Numbered from the stretch's first letter, positions 11,340 to 24,042 are shown. The stretch is 64,000 nt of DNA from Chanos chanos (GCF_902362185.1 NC_044504.1:33156702-33220701), one strand, 5' to 3'. The notes: generated from the letters alone by a model not told the origin. Translations and numbers: made by a program.

Positions 11340-13909
11340 TTTGAATAAACCAAGAGTGTCCTCAATTCAAAATGTGGCACGGAAATTATTGCTTCAAAAC
11401 AGCAGACTGGGATCAGATGTGGCACTCTGAAGGAGTAAGACCTTAAATAAGTAGACCCAGATGGTGAAGGTGAATATATATGCATGCATGTATTTGTTTT
11501 TGTTTTGAATTTTTTGTAACACGTTGCTTCCTCGTTTTTTACATAACCCTTAAGCACATAGCCCTAAGGAGATTGTTTGTGTTATTTACCGGTGCCTTAT
11601 CACAAAACCTCCATGACAAGGAAGTGATGTTCCTGAAGAAACTAAGTATCCACGGTAGTAGTGTCTGTGTCCACTCAGCATTTAGACACAAATCCCCAAA
11701 TCCAGGTGAAAGGATGGCTGAGGTTTAAGACCTTCGGGTAACATGTCTGTAAAGTTTCACCATCTTCAGTTGATGCTTTAAGTGTATGAAGTTTTCACTC
11801 TTTCTGTTTGGCACCCTCATTGCTGATAGTCATTGGCTTGTGGAGATCACATAGTTAAAATTCCTCTATCTTTGCGATAGTGACTATGACCTTTCATAGA
11901 GGGTTCAAGCCCGCTTCACCGATACTGTGACCCACTGACACTGAAACAAGAGAAGAGCTTGATCTTAACTAAATAAAGATATAGAATCTTAATTGGTGAT
12001 TTTAATTAAGTATAAAACACCTTTATACTTGATTGAGAGACAAAAAAAAAGTTAGAGGAAAATGATCCGTAGTGCATGGATGTAGTTAATGATAGCAAAG
12101 GAGTGGAATGCCCCGCACTGAAAATATCTGAAAGTTTTAAAGTGAAAGTAAAAACACTTTGGCAGATCTTTCATTTTTGCCACCAAAGTACTCTTAAGAT
12201 TCCAAACACATAATTTCATACGTGGGGTGTTTTACATTAAACTATTATTGGGAGCAGCTGCCAAAGTTGTGACCCAGACACATAAAGCTGAACACAAAAT
12301 ACCTGTGAGAGGAAAATGCATGGCATTTCTATTACTCTCATTCAGTTCCAACTAAATTTCTTTTGTATACAAAGTTGATCCTTCTGAAAAAAAGCTTATG
12401 CCTTGAGATGGGTGCTATTTCACAAAATCCTATGCTTCTTTGTCTAAAAAGGCAGGCATGTTTTGTGTTACCCTCACTCGTAAAAGAGAAGGCTCACTGC
12501 TACCTTTGTCAACTGAACTGCATCAGCAGAAATGTTTTATACTGTGCTTATCTCTGTTCAATTCTGAGAGAGTGAGATCTGCTGAGTTCTTATACCTTTA
12601 AGTGTAATGGATGTATAAAGGGTTTTTTGTTAGCAGTCTTGGCCTCTCTCCAAAGACTAACATTAGCAGCAACAAGGCATTAGGCATAAAACCCAATAAA
12701 CCAAACCAGCTATCTACAAACTGATAATGCCCCCTCTGCATTCACAACAGCCAAATAATGTAGAACATAAGCGTGTTATTCCTGTTATACAGGGACTCTT
12801 GTTTCCAGGAATGAAGAGGACCATCATGAAGCAAAAAAAAAAAATCTTTATTTGAAAAATCTTTATCTACTTACAAGAAAAGGCATGAAGTGCCTTATGT
12901 ATTTATATTTATACATATATATAAAATAATGTTATAATACAGTATTATATTATAATACAGTACATATTGTATAATGAAAAAAAGTCAGTATGGCATTCAG
13001 TATGGCAGTGTTACTGATGAAGATCAAAGATTTCAGAACAAAGAACTACAATGTCTGTTAGGATTATACATGGTGATTTTTGATGCTGTTTCAGTTTTAC
13101 ACTGTAGTGCTGAGATTCCTAATCCTTTACGCTTGATTAGGACCAATAACTGCTTCAGAGGCTTTTTACAAACATTGCTTCTGATATGATCTCTGAGAAC
13201 TACAATAGCCTGTACATGATTGTAGAAGCTGTTGCATCAACCAGGAAAAATACTTTAGCCACTCAACTGTGGGGACAAGACCGTTCTTGGACACCACTCA
13301 TTAATTAAACGTCCTGATGTATTGCATCCCCATTAACTGCTAAGCCAGAAAATGTGAACTCCCAAAATGGGAAATACCAGAGTGAGGGTCGTGCCTATGT
13401 TCTGTATAATGCAGACATATTCAGTTCGATGTTATGTAGAGTGTCCAGTAATATGGATGAGTTTGTGTTTGGGATTTCCATGAGAAGAAATAAAGCAAAC
13501 GTTGCAGAAAGTTCAGCAAAACCTTGGTGGTAATGAGAAGCTTAGACTCTGTACCAATCAGCAGTCGTCAAGGTAACTACAGGAACAGGATGCAATTCCA
13601 TGCCACAGATCTAGTCAGTGTCGTACATTGTAAATATTCAGTTCCTTTTTTGACAAAGTTCAGAGTTAAACACATAACACGATTTCACAATGTGAAGTCA
13701 CTGTGTGACCAACAAGAAGAGACCTTAGAGAGCCAGGCAGAGGGCAATGCCTTAACAGTGTATCATGTTTAAAGTAAAACTTATTTTTCCTAACACAGTG
13801 GACTGTTTTAAAGTTTCAGTACACACAAGATAGTGTATGCTTTCTGCATGTTGTCAGGGAAAACAGGGGACTCAGTTGCGGACTCACTGATGAATAAATA
13901 AAATGTTTA

Positions 13910-14420
13910 TTGTGCCAGGCAGAAGTCTTTCAATACACTAGGCAGAAAGCGGAATCCAAAAAACAAGCAGAGGTCGTACCACAGAGCAGTCAGAGGGAGG
14001 CAAACAATCCAAAACGGCAGACAAAGGCAAAATCCAGAGACAGGCAAATGTTCAAAAGCAGGTACAGGGCAAGGCAGGCAGGCAGAAGAGGCAAAATCCA
14101 ACAGGCAAAAAGTCAAAAAAACAGGCAGAGGTCAAGAACAGAAGACAATCAGGATAACAAAAGGCTAGGATGACACACTGTGGAAGGCAGTACGAACTGA
14201 CAAACAAAGGGTAGAACAGGCAGGGTTTAAATAGACAGACTAATTACTACTTCAACGAGACACAGGTGAGCACAATAAGTGAGGGGCGGGGCCCGGGCAC
14301 ATGGAAGACCAAAATAAACAAAAGCACATGACAAAACCAAAAACAAATGACAGCTGTCACCAGACCTGACCAGCAGGGGCACAATAGAGAGCAGGTCACG
14401 CAGGAACCCTGACACATGTT
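13910..14420. repeat. Low-complexity A/G/C-rich (caggca/aacagg-type) block, candidate interspersed repeat
   Basis: Reiterated caggcag / acaggca / aaacagg motifs. A similar composition and motif set recurs at 16190-16640. Spurious K/R/Q-rich ORFs are produced on both strands. Confidence 0.35.
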
Positions 14421-16189
14421 GCATGTTACCATGTCTTTTGAAATACTGCTATGATTTCACATAAAAATGTGAGATTGTGATACACTGAATGTGAAATTGT
14501 GATCAACAGTATTACAAGACTGAAAGGAATTTGTATGGCCCTTCCAAAGATCCTTCATGTTGAGTTTGAAACACTTAAAAAGCTTTACACTTTGTTCACA
14601 TCCTAAAAGACTTTTTTTTTTCTCACCAAATCAGACATGTTATCCTGAAGTTGTGGTGCATTCTATTGTCATGGAACGTTTTCCAAATGTTCATCTCACA
14701 GATATTTTTGTTCTTAAAAGAATATGTTTAGAATCCTTGTGTAAAATACGTTCTTTCTGATATAGAACCCAATAGCTTCTTTATGAGACATGGATCAACA
14801 AAAGAATGCAGAGTTGGAGTAGATGGAAAATGCTTAAGTTTATTTTTAATGCAAAAGTGGTGCAACAGGCAGGCAATTTAAAAAGCTCCTCGGCAAAAAT
14901 CCTTCCTGAGCACATCACATTTATTCCCACACAGCCCTAGCTACAGTTATTTAAGGCGTGGCATCCCGAGGTTGTGCAGTGTCTTCTTGTCAAGGAATTT
15001 ACAAAAAAAAAAAGTCACTTGTTCAGGCTGTCAGCAGATTCACAGTTATCAAACATGTAATCAGATGTTAAGTAGATGGAATCAAGTGGTGAAGACATCA
15101 CATGGTTTTGAGTTTGTTTCGCTTTGTTTTGTTTTGTTTTTATGACTGCCAGGCTACATGCAGTGTTTCCTTAACATAAAGCGTGTTTCCGTAAAGTGAA
15201 TATGTGTGGATGTGCATGCCATCCAAGTTAAGTGGGATTTTTCTATTTTGTTCTTTTAAGATAATGATACCGCACATATCTATAGAATTATCCACTGTAA
15301 TCCATATAGACCAGATGAGCCCTCTTTTTCTGCCCTAAAGCCAGCCCACTGACAGACAACAGTACATAATAACATACCATGCAAAAATGTTATACTGAGC
15401 CTTTTCAAAAATCCCAGATACTAACTCAGAAATAACCCAAGTTTTAAGTAGCCGTCACCTGTGGTGACATGCTCATTTTTCTCTCACATTGTTTTTTTGG
15501 GTTTTTTTTTCACTGATTTCCTTACAATGCTGCTCACCTTAGAAGTGACAAGAACTTAAATGTATATGGTAAAATAATCAGGTGTTGGTGTGTGAGTGCA
15601 ACAACTACATAACATTAATTCGTCATTCAATACTTGATGACAGGCCACCATGACAATCGCAGGAAACCCACATCATCATGGTGAAGCTCAAAATCATAAA
15701 CTAGGGCTATTCAATTACAAATTCAGTTTGGCGGGATTTCAAAACTTGGCTTTGTTCATGCGCCAGACATGTTTGGTTTTCCTCATCAAAAAGGACACAA
15801 GCTATTGCGTTGCTTATTCTTGGTATCCTACCTCTCAGTCTCTCTCTTCTTCTGTCACATTATACCTTGACTATCCTACCAGCTCAGACTGTTTCATCCA
15901 GTTTATTTTCTTTTTAGTTACTCTTGTGGGTAACCTCAAGCAAATGAATGGAAAGTGCAAACTGGAGCCAAAAGAGGATGAATGTGATGTGAAACAGACA
16001 GGTGAAGAAAACATATAAAGAGACATATGTTGGAAGTACATGAATAATATGAGAAATGAACAGCTAAGCACAATGTGTAGGGAGAAGTAACTCAATGAAC
16101 TCTCCTACAAAAGGTATTTGATTACCAAAATACAAAAAAAGAAAACCTCATATCCTTTTTGGAACAAGTATTTATCAGTTCAAACTCAC

Positions 16190-16640
16190 CCTATGGTACA
16201 ATAATTGAACAGAGTGCATTTATAACTGTCAGGAAATCACCAGGGGAACAGGACACAAGTGCATGGACACCAGATTTATTACCAGACTGTAGGCACGTAA
16301 ACTGAACAGGAGCAGGTTTGTTACAGGCAGGTTTGTTTACTTGTCGGACAGGATCAGCGTGAAACAGGAACAGGCAGATGCAACACAGGACTGAGGACGG
16401 CAAACGAACAGGATACCTGGGACTATCAGAAAGCGAACAGGTTCAATCAGAAGCATCAAACAAACCGCTTAGCGTACACCATGGCAAGTGTAGACTTCGC
16501 ACTGAGGGAGTGAAACAGAGGTGAATATATAGAGCAGTAAATGAGACAGAGTGAAAACAGGTGAAGAGTGAACAGACCGGTGATTAGTTAGCTGGAGACT
16601 CCGACTGCCGAATGGTTGGAGTCAGCATGGGAGGGGATGA
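16190..16640. repeat. Low-complexity cagg/aacagg-rich block resembling 13910-14420
   Basis: Motifs aacaggagcaggtttgttacaggcaggtttg, gtgaaacaggaacaggcagatg, gtgaaaacaggtgaagagtgaacag. Confidence 0.35.
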
Positions 16641-18289
16641 GGTTGTTTCAGTAATACAGGAAATTCACAACTCTGTACACATTTTTAATACATAAAATGC
16701 ATGCTATGTTAGTATTATTTTGTCAGCAATAAGACACACAATTTTTTTTGAAGCATTAATCATTCATTATTGAATGAATGAAGACTGATTTGTTTACTCG
16801 CAAGGAGACAGTGATATCTCATTTAAAAGCAAAAAAATGTATTGAACAAACATAGAGCATCAAAGCATAGTCTTTATCAGAGGTGCCCAAATCTAGCCCT
16901 CTAGAAAATCTAGAAAAGTGATCTCTGCACACCAGCATATCACAGCATGCAATATAGAGCAGATCACAGCAGCCCATTCAAATAACTAATTAGAAAATCC
17001 ATGAAACTACATACGAAATGACAAAGGAACAAAAAATAAGCACAAATTTTTACTTTCTCAAAGCGTGACAACTGTGCTGCAGATGACTGTCTTACTGAGC
17101 CCTTTGTCACATGATGCTTCAGAACTGGTTCCAGGTATCAACTGGTTCCAGGTCCCAAACTTCACTGTTAGTGAAAAAATGTAGCTATGGTGCCCCTCTG
17201 GGTAATTAAGGCTCAGTGAGGATAATGAGGTTGAACACAGAGTCCCTTAGAGAGATTGTGGGAGACAATTCTCAGCCTGGGCCAGATATGGCAGAGAATC
17301 CAGCCACACTGTTCACCTTCTTAAAAAAGAGACAATCAAAGTTTTCAGAGTCTGATGCAAGGTAGGTTTATTGTAAGAGCTCAAAGTGGCATACAGCAAA
17401 CCAAGCCGGTCCCGGGAGTGGCAGAAGCAACATTCACAAAGCACCAATCCTTATAGTAATTTCTTATCAATGTCAGACACTGACTTCAGTTGGGATGCAC
17501 TTGCTGGTTACGTCTAGCAAATTCCCAGACAATTCTGTTGTGCACCAAGGTTTCTGTTGAATCCATATTTTTAATTGTAACAATCAGAATCTGTCACTAA
17601 TATAGATTGCCCTCTTCCTTACACAAAGATGGCTCACACCATGGTACCTTGAATGACTGACCATCTGCACTCACTGCACAAAGACGAATTCAGAGTACCT
17701 TTTCTATTCCTCCATTCACAGATCACTTTTTTTTTTTTTATAAAAGAAGACCTTCATGCAGTTACTTTAATACAAATGAGGATATGGTTATGAAATCTTA
17801 ATACAAAATGATTATCAATACAAAATGATTGTTGATTAACACACAAAAAATGGCTACATAACTGTTACAGTGTTTTCATAAACCAAAGAAACATTTTATT
17901 TCTCCGACAAAATACTTGGAAAAGGCCATAAGATCTATTAAATCATTTTTATATGTTCTCCAGCACAGGAACTCCTTATACCCCCACTAGAACACTCTGC
18001 TCTACGACCTCTGGTCAACTGACAGTCCCCTCACTTCGGGGACCCGGCAGCCGCTCCTCTCGACCACGCCTCTCCTCCGCCATTGCCCCGGTGGTGGAAC
18101 GACTTCCCTCATACAGTTAGGACTGCGGAATCTCTTGCCATCTTCCACAAGGGACTGAAAACCCACCTCTTCGGAACCCACCTGTCCCCCACTGCCTAAC
18201 CTCCCTTTCTTTACAAAAAAAAAAAAAAACACCTTGTCTTGTATCTGTGTTTGTCATTCAGTGTCAATGTCTTCCAGGGGCGCAATATG

Positions 18290-18400
18290 AAGGGTAAATT
18301 AATGCTTAGTCTTATTGTGATCTCTGCTTATGAGGTAATAGGATCTTATTGATGCACTTATTGTAAGTCACTTTGGCTAAAAGCGTCTGCCAAATACCAA
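18290..18400 (+). repeat. Teleost interspersed-repeat (SINE-like) tail containing the conserved core tgtaagtcaCtttggCtaaaagcgtctgcCaaat
   Basis: This matches the widely dispersed fish repeat motif ..tgtaagtcgctttggataaaagcgtctgctaaat... An oligo(A)15 run lies just upstream at 18217-18231. Confidence 0.45.
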
Positions 18401-18554
18401 ATTGTAAATTGTAATTGTGAATACCAAACCACACCCAAGAAAGAGAGGCTCTGCAAATCCATGAAAATCTGTGGAATTTAAGCGTCCAATAAAAGAATTA
18501 CACAAAGTATGACCATTCACTCAAATGTTTATGCTTTAAAAAGTAAAGAAAAGA

Positions 18555-18800
18555 AGATTTCCAACTAATTCCTGTGGCAATCCATAGATCAGACTGGATG
18601 GAGGCTCCTACTTTCATTTTTAGAGTCATTTTGCATCAACTCTCAATGCTATCTGCAGCGACCTCTGTAGGCAAAAAAGCAGAACTGCAAAACAGTGTGT
18701 CAAAGTAAAAGTCTCTCCTCCTGAATTTTACCAATATGTCCAAAATCAATTAAAGTAATAGCTTCAGAATGATACATCTGAAACACAAGTGAGCATCAAG
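18555..18800. repeat. Dispersed repeat, copy 2 of 2 (pairs with 6110-6425)
   Basis: See 6110-6425. Shared blocks ttcctgtggcaatccatagatcagactggatggaggct and gatacatctgaaacacaagtgagcatcaagaattttaatg. Confidence 0.5.
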
Positions 18801-19583
18801 AATTTTAATGTGTCTTTAAAATTATGAGTTGTACAGCTGTACAGTTGTACAGTTATACAAGTACATGTCATAATTACGTATTTTGATTTTCATTACTTAA
18901 AACTCATCTTTCCACAAAAATCGTTTATATTCCCTTCGTGAATTTGAATAGTTTTTGGTTTTGTGTAAGTATGTCAGCATTTACGGTTAGTCATTTCTTC
19001 TCTAGAAATTGCTTGAGCAGAGAGCAAATTGGTCTTTTGAGCCTTATGTCACTTCACATTGAGGTACATTTTCCATTTCATGTTTTCTGTATATCTGTAC
19101 ATACAGAACCAGACCTGCTGTTTTATTTCCACCTGCACACGCAGTGGTGATTTGCAGGCAGCTCCTCAGGTGTTCCTTTACCCATGCACTGAACTGATGT
19201 ATGATTTATCCTCATATTGTCATAGTAATACATAGGCGCTTTTATCCATTTTATCCATATACTTGTGTGATTACACATTAAACATCCTCTTATAGGAGAA
19301 ATGAAAAGTCCAACTAATGACATGTAGGTTAACACAAATGGTCTGTTAGTACGTATGCTTTTTAAAGGAGTACCTCCCTTTGTAATTGTGTGGCAGTCCA
19401 AACACCTTGCCCTATCAAATTAGCATCATCTGTTAATAGACAGCACCACAAGACTGTTAGAAGGCAGTTGAAATCAGAAGAGAAACATGCAATGCTACCA
19501 CTTGTTTCTTGCTGTGGTTTAAAGAGTCAGACTGTTCGGGTAGAGGCCTTTTCTGTGAGACCGTTACAGGTATACTGGGCCTC

Positions 19584-19913
19584 TCAGACTGGGACCGTCA
19601 GATGGAACGTCGGGTCCGATATTTTACGCCATACGTCCTCCACGGAAGCTCCCAGCTGTCGGTATATCTGCTGTTGATTGTGTCCCTGTGTGTTGTCTTG
19701 CTGCTGATTTTGAAGTTCCTTCAGTGAGTTTTCACTGGCCCTTTGAACTGTTTCTGTCGCTTGTTCTTGCAGTCTTGCCTCCAGAATGGCACAAGTCTCC
19801 TCCTCCAAGTACATCTCATAAAGAGACTTGTAGTACAACTTGCAGCGAACAAGCAAAGAACTCATCACGGTTCCCAGAACTGAAATCCCCAAAATCAGCC
19901 CCAGGCCAATTAG
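19584..19913 (-). CDS. CALHM/FAM26-family paralog D, exon 2 (includes stop)
   Basis: Acceptor ttaaccag|CTAATTGGC. Encodes LIGLGLILGISVLGTVMSSLLVRCKLYYKSLYEMYLEEETCAILEARLQEQATETVQRASENSLKELQ..., the CALHM TM4 plus helical tail. Confidence 0.7.
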   Translation of the reverse strand, partial: LIGLGLILGISVLGTVMSSLLVRCKLYYKSLYEMYLEEETCAILEARLQEQATETVQRASENSLKELQNQQQDNTQGHNQQQIYRQLGASVEDVWRKISDPTFHLTVPV

Positions 19914-20132
19914 CTGGTTAAACAGAAAAAGGGGGGCGGGGGTGCAAAAAAAATCCGTTAGCTTTGTGAATATGTTGTTTTTCAAATATGATCAATTTAC
20001 TGAACAGAACAGCATAGTGAAAGTGTTTTATATTGTAGTATTTGCTATAACATTTATATTAGGTTTACATTTACCTTAGAATCTGCCAGTTCCACTACAA
20101 TTTTTCTTTTCTCTTAGTATCGGTGTACTTAC

Positions 20133-20699
20133 GCGTGACTCACTTCTGTATTTTCTGATGGTCTCGCTCTCTTGCGGGGAAGGTATATCCTTACAAAGAA
20201 TTTGTTCATTCAGGTCTGTATTATTGCTTTTAATGGTTTGCATGCATACATACCAGTCTCCATCAATGAATGCAATTATAACCCAAAGTGATCCAACAAA
20301 AAAGACTTTAAGTACGTGTTTACATATCATGCCCAGATAGTACCACCCTTCTTCGCCAAAACCAGTTGGGCAGAAGCAGTATCCATGGGCACAACAGCAG
20401 CACTCAAAACTGTGACAAAATTCACTGGTGCAGCATCTTCTGTCTGAGCGAATGCAGCACCTGCAGACGAAACACTGGCACACCTTCAGGAGAAGTGGGT
20501 CCATTAGAATGAGAAAGAAAAAGAGTGCGCCAACAGGTAAGACCATATAAAGCCAGCAATGCCATTTGGTTTCCTCTGGTGACAAGCAGGGACAGCTGAA
20601 AACGAACTCGAAAAAAATAAGCGTAACCACAATCAGCAAAACAGTTTTCACCGTCATCTTCTTCAGCCGTTCAGAGATAAGAGGTTTAGTAGGTGGCAT
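20133..20699 (-). CDS. CALHM/FAM26-family paralog D, exon 1 (longest ORF ATG 20699; 189 codons; a second in-frame ATG 14 codons downstream is an alternative start)
   Basis: MPPTKPLISERLKKMTVKTVLLIVVTLIFFEFVFSCPCLSPEETKWHCWLYMVLPVGALFFFLILMDPLL... A Cys-rich loop of about 50 aa (CQCFVCRCCIRSDRRCCTSEFCHSFECCCCAHGYCFCPTGFGEE) is followed by ...AFIDGDWYVCM...SESR|GTAAGT. Confidence 0.7.
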
Positions 20700-20989
20700 G
20701 TTGGGTAATAATGCTGAAAAAATAAAAAGCTTGGAATAGCTCGTTGGTCGTTCCCCACAATATGGAAAGTCCTCTGTTTTTAGCTATCAGAAGACTTCTC
20801 TGGAAATATTGAAGGAGGAGGGTTATGGAGGGTGTTACTTTAGGAGGCGTGTCCACGTGATCAAAATCAGTATCCAGCTTCACGGATAATTCAAAAAATC
20901 ATGTTATCACACTCAACCGCAAATTCCTCTTTTAATGCTTAAGTTGTCTCTGTCTCTGTGGTCTTGGGATGACATCATAGCTCCTCAAC

Positions 20990-21200
20990 TGCTTCTGTGA
21001 TTTCTCGGTGCATTAAAAAAGATTCATTGTTTCCACTTCCCTAGAGAAAGGATTTTTCTTTTTTTTGGCCATTTTGACATGGTTTCTATGTGGATTACCT
21101 GACTAACAAGTCACAAGACTCAAAGGATGTCATAGGTTCCTTGTCTGTGTTCACTTCAGTGAGAGAAATGAAACTTGCGGTTTTGCATGCCCCTGTTCCA
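20990..21200. repeat. Dispersed repeat, copy 2 of 2 (pairs with 6900-7080)
   Basis: See 6900-7080. Confidence 0.5.
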
Positions 21201-21294
21201 CTCATTCTTTATGAAACGTTTTGAATCAGTAAAGCCAAAAGACAAAGAAAACAGATACAATGCACATTGAAGAGTGATCAGTATAGAGTGCATG

Positions 21295-21350
21295 TACATT
21301 TGCATTAATTCGTTTAGCTGACACTTTTATCCAAAGCGATTTTCAAAGAC
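21295..21350 (-). repeat. Teleost SINE-like core motif, inverted orientation relative to 18330-18400
   Basis: cattaattcgtttagctgacacttttatccaaagcgatttt is the reverse complement of the ..aaatcgctttggataaaagtgtcagctaaacg.. core. Confidence 0.45.
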
Positions 21351-23220
21351 AGACAGAAAAGACGCCATGCATGTATCCACTAAGTTCTGCACTAAAGTAG
21401 ATACAAATGCAATAAAACAGTTTGTTAGGGGTTGGGTTCTGTATTTCAACATTTCAGTGCAATTACCACAAAACCTCAAGCAAAATTATTAGTGGTGTAG
21501 AGATGATGTGAAAAGTCCTCTATTTAATACCATAAAGCAACAGAAAGTCCATTAAAGGTGGTTTGTTTCTGGGTCAACAGGATATGCATGAGAGCAGGTT
21601 TTAATGGAGTTGGGTGTTAAACCAGTATAACACTAATTATTTACATTTGGTGCAAACTTTCCATTTCATCTTTTTGTGTATATCATACCTCAAACTAAAA
21701 AAGGGGGGGGGGGGGACAGGGAAAAAATCAGTGCCTTGGTTTTCTGCAGTGCCTTCGGTTACCTAAGTTCCTGCTTTATATCCTGCAGCTCAACACACAG
21801 TCTTTGTTGTGCAGCATCAGTATTTCTCATAGAACCTAAAGCCTCAGGCCCATAGCTTTAAGTAAAAAAACCTTTGACCTTCACTACTCTCCAGAGATAG
21901 TTATTATCTGTTTGTGGAGCTGACAGATCTCTGTGAATGAAGCCAAATAATTTTGCAGTCTATCTTTTTCTTTTATTTAAATATGAATATTTGCAGCTGA
22001 TAAAACATAAAAAAAACATCTCTCTTCAGAAGATCTATGGTAAAGTGGATCCTGGTCTTTTCTCCTCCTCATTTTGGATGATCAGAAATTTGTGAGGTGA
22101 CATCAGCATAGATTTGTTTGATATTGCTAACCGCATTTACTGAAAATGCATGAAATAATTTCTTGTTTTACACGTTTATTTTTCTTACATTATTATTTAT
22201 ATATTACTACTTTATATTTTAAAAACATGTTTTGATTTCTAATCAAAAAGGCTATAAAAAGTTTTCAGGACAGAAGATCTGTAACACTGTACCACTGAAC
22301 CCAATCTAAATCCACAAGGTTTCTTTGTCTTTCTCTTACACTGTGCTCCTTTTGTGGCAGAAACAATACCTGATACAAACAACGTATTGGTATCTCAGTT
22401 CCACTGTGCACATACTGACACTCAGATTACTTGATGGATTGAATGATTATTTATTAGGATTATGACTGAATGATTATTATAAACGATTATTTGGTTTGAA
22501 TCATTTACCTCCTTTTTGCTGAAAACTACAGATGGACCTAAAGTGACATTTTGCAAAACTGTTACTTAGTTGTGCATTATGTCAGGATTTCTAAAAGCAC
22601 GACAAGTCAAACCCTTGTGCGAAACACAAATTTGAGCAAACTGCCCCAGATTGACTGGAGTAGAGAAATAGCAGCCCTCTTTAGACAAACCGTCCTCATC
22701 AACCCCGGCATTATTTTTCTTTTCAATCAGCCAATAGGCGTCATTTCAATCAGCCAACGGGCATCATTTCCCTGTAAACCAAATTTACAGGAAAAGAAAT
22801 GTTTGACTAATCAAGTTTAATAGATTTTACGGTCAGCATGGATAACTGGCGGAGAAAATATCTGTCTTCGCTTGTGAAATATCCTCAACACAGTCTCAGC
22901 TCCTTTAAAAATCCTATCTGCTGTTTCAGGTCAGGCTAACGCTAACGTTGATTACTACCCCTTAAAGCCATGTTCATTTGCTGTCTGAACTCAGTGAGCC
23001 AACCATTAGGAAAAATTTTATTTGTGTAGAATCACATCTACACAGACAATTGTTTGTAAGTATCACAGAGGTGTGAATTAAAATGACTTGCAACCTGTAG
23101 ACAAGGGCTGGAGTTTGAGGGTTGTGTTTATACCATTAATGTCTGAAGTTAGCCTTGTGCAAACAGATTCTCTGTGTTATTATTCACAGGCTTTTGTTTT
23201 TGTGTGTGAGCATGGGCTTG

Positions 23221-23255
23221 TGCACGTGTGCGCGTGCGCGTGCGTGTGTGTGTGA

Positions 23256-23292
<37 letters not shown>
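23221..23292. repeat. Compound microsatellite (GY)n followed by (GA)17
   Basis: tgcacgtgtgcgcgtgcgcgtgcgtgtgtgtgtg...gagagagagagagagagagagagagagagagagag. Confidence 0.9.
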
Positions 23293-23294
<2 letters not shown>

Positions 23295-24030
23295 GTCAGC
23301 CTGTTAATGATGACAATGACACACTATGTCATCCTAAAAAAAAATGCTGTGATTTGAAGATAATTACACTGCAGAAGAGTAATAAATAAAATATGACTAT
23401 AGACAAATGTCGTGGCAGATTGTAAAATTGTATTACTTGACATTTAATAACTTGTGATTATGTTGTTGATGTGATCACAATGTGGCATTTCCTGCTGTTG
23501 TTTGGTGAAAACTGATCATGAGATGGTATGGCAAAATTTTGTAAATGCATCAAAATCCACAGAGAGAATATCGTGGTATTAGCTATACGGCCGTCAGAGC
23601 CATGCATTTTCAAATTGTGGCCACAAGGTGGAGCACTTCACTTCAAGTCCCAGCCGGTGAAGGGTAGACGTGATGAATCAGTCGAACGAGTGCTGTATCA
23701 GGAAGTCACGTGGTACAAGCATATGATTATTTTCATACATGTATAACCAAACGAGGTCACTAGTTGTTTTCTTTTGGGAGACAAGTGCAACTTTTCTGAA
23801 TGTTGTACGGTGCAGCAAACTATACTGCCGTTTATAATTCTACGTGGTGGGTACGTACACAGACACTCTTGGTAGATTTTAACTCCAAAATTATTAACCA
23901 CTGAGAGGATTAGTGTAACACTTTAATCATAAATCGTCATTAATGTCTGATACACCAGCAGATGCTGACTTATGGGGGAAAAATTCATGCATGGCCAGTT
24001 CTTTTTCACGTATAGATCTGCCTCCTTCAC

Positions 24031-24042
24031 GCTGATTGGTTC
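24031..24042 (+). promoter_or_regulatory. Inverted CCAAT box (ATTGG) about 130 bp upstream of the PARP4 ATG, candidate core-promoter NF-Y site
   Basis: gctgATTGGttc sits in a TATA-less, pyrimidine-rich region directly 5' of the first coding exon. Confidence 0.3.

Noticed and set aside
13910-14173. 87-aa K/R/Q-rich ORF 'MCQAEVFQYTRQKAESKKQAEVVPQSS...' and the neighbouring minus ORFs 13907-14116 and 14227-14432
   Set aside because: They lie in a low-complexity caggca-type repeat. No start context, splice structure or homology. Treated as repeat sequence.
15650-16018. 122-aa ORF 15650-16018 and minus ORF 15871-16095
   Set aside because: No recognisable domain, no splice-consistent neighbours, and AT-rich intergenic context. 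Possibly a degraded transposon fragment, but it cannot be supported.
17990-18235. Pro/Arg-rich minus ORF 18002-18232 adjacent to an A15 tract
   Set aside because: It looks like the body of a retroposon ending in oligo(A), not a gene. The family could not be assigned by eye.
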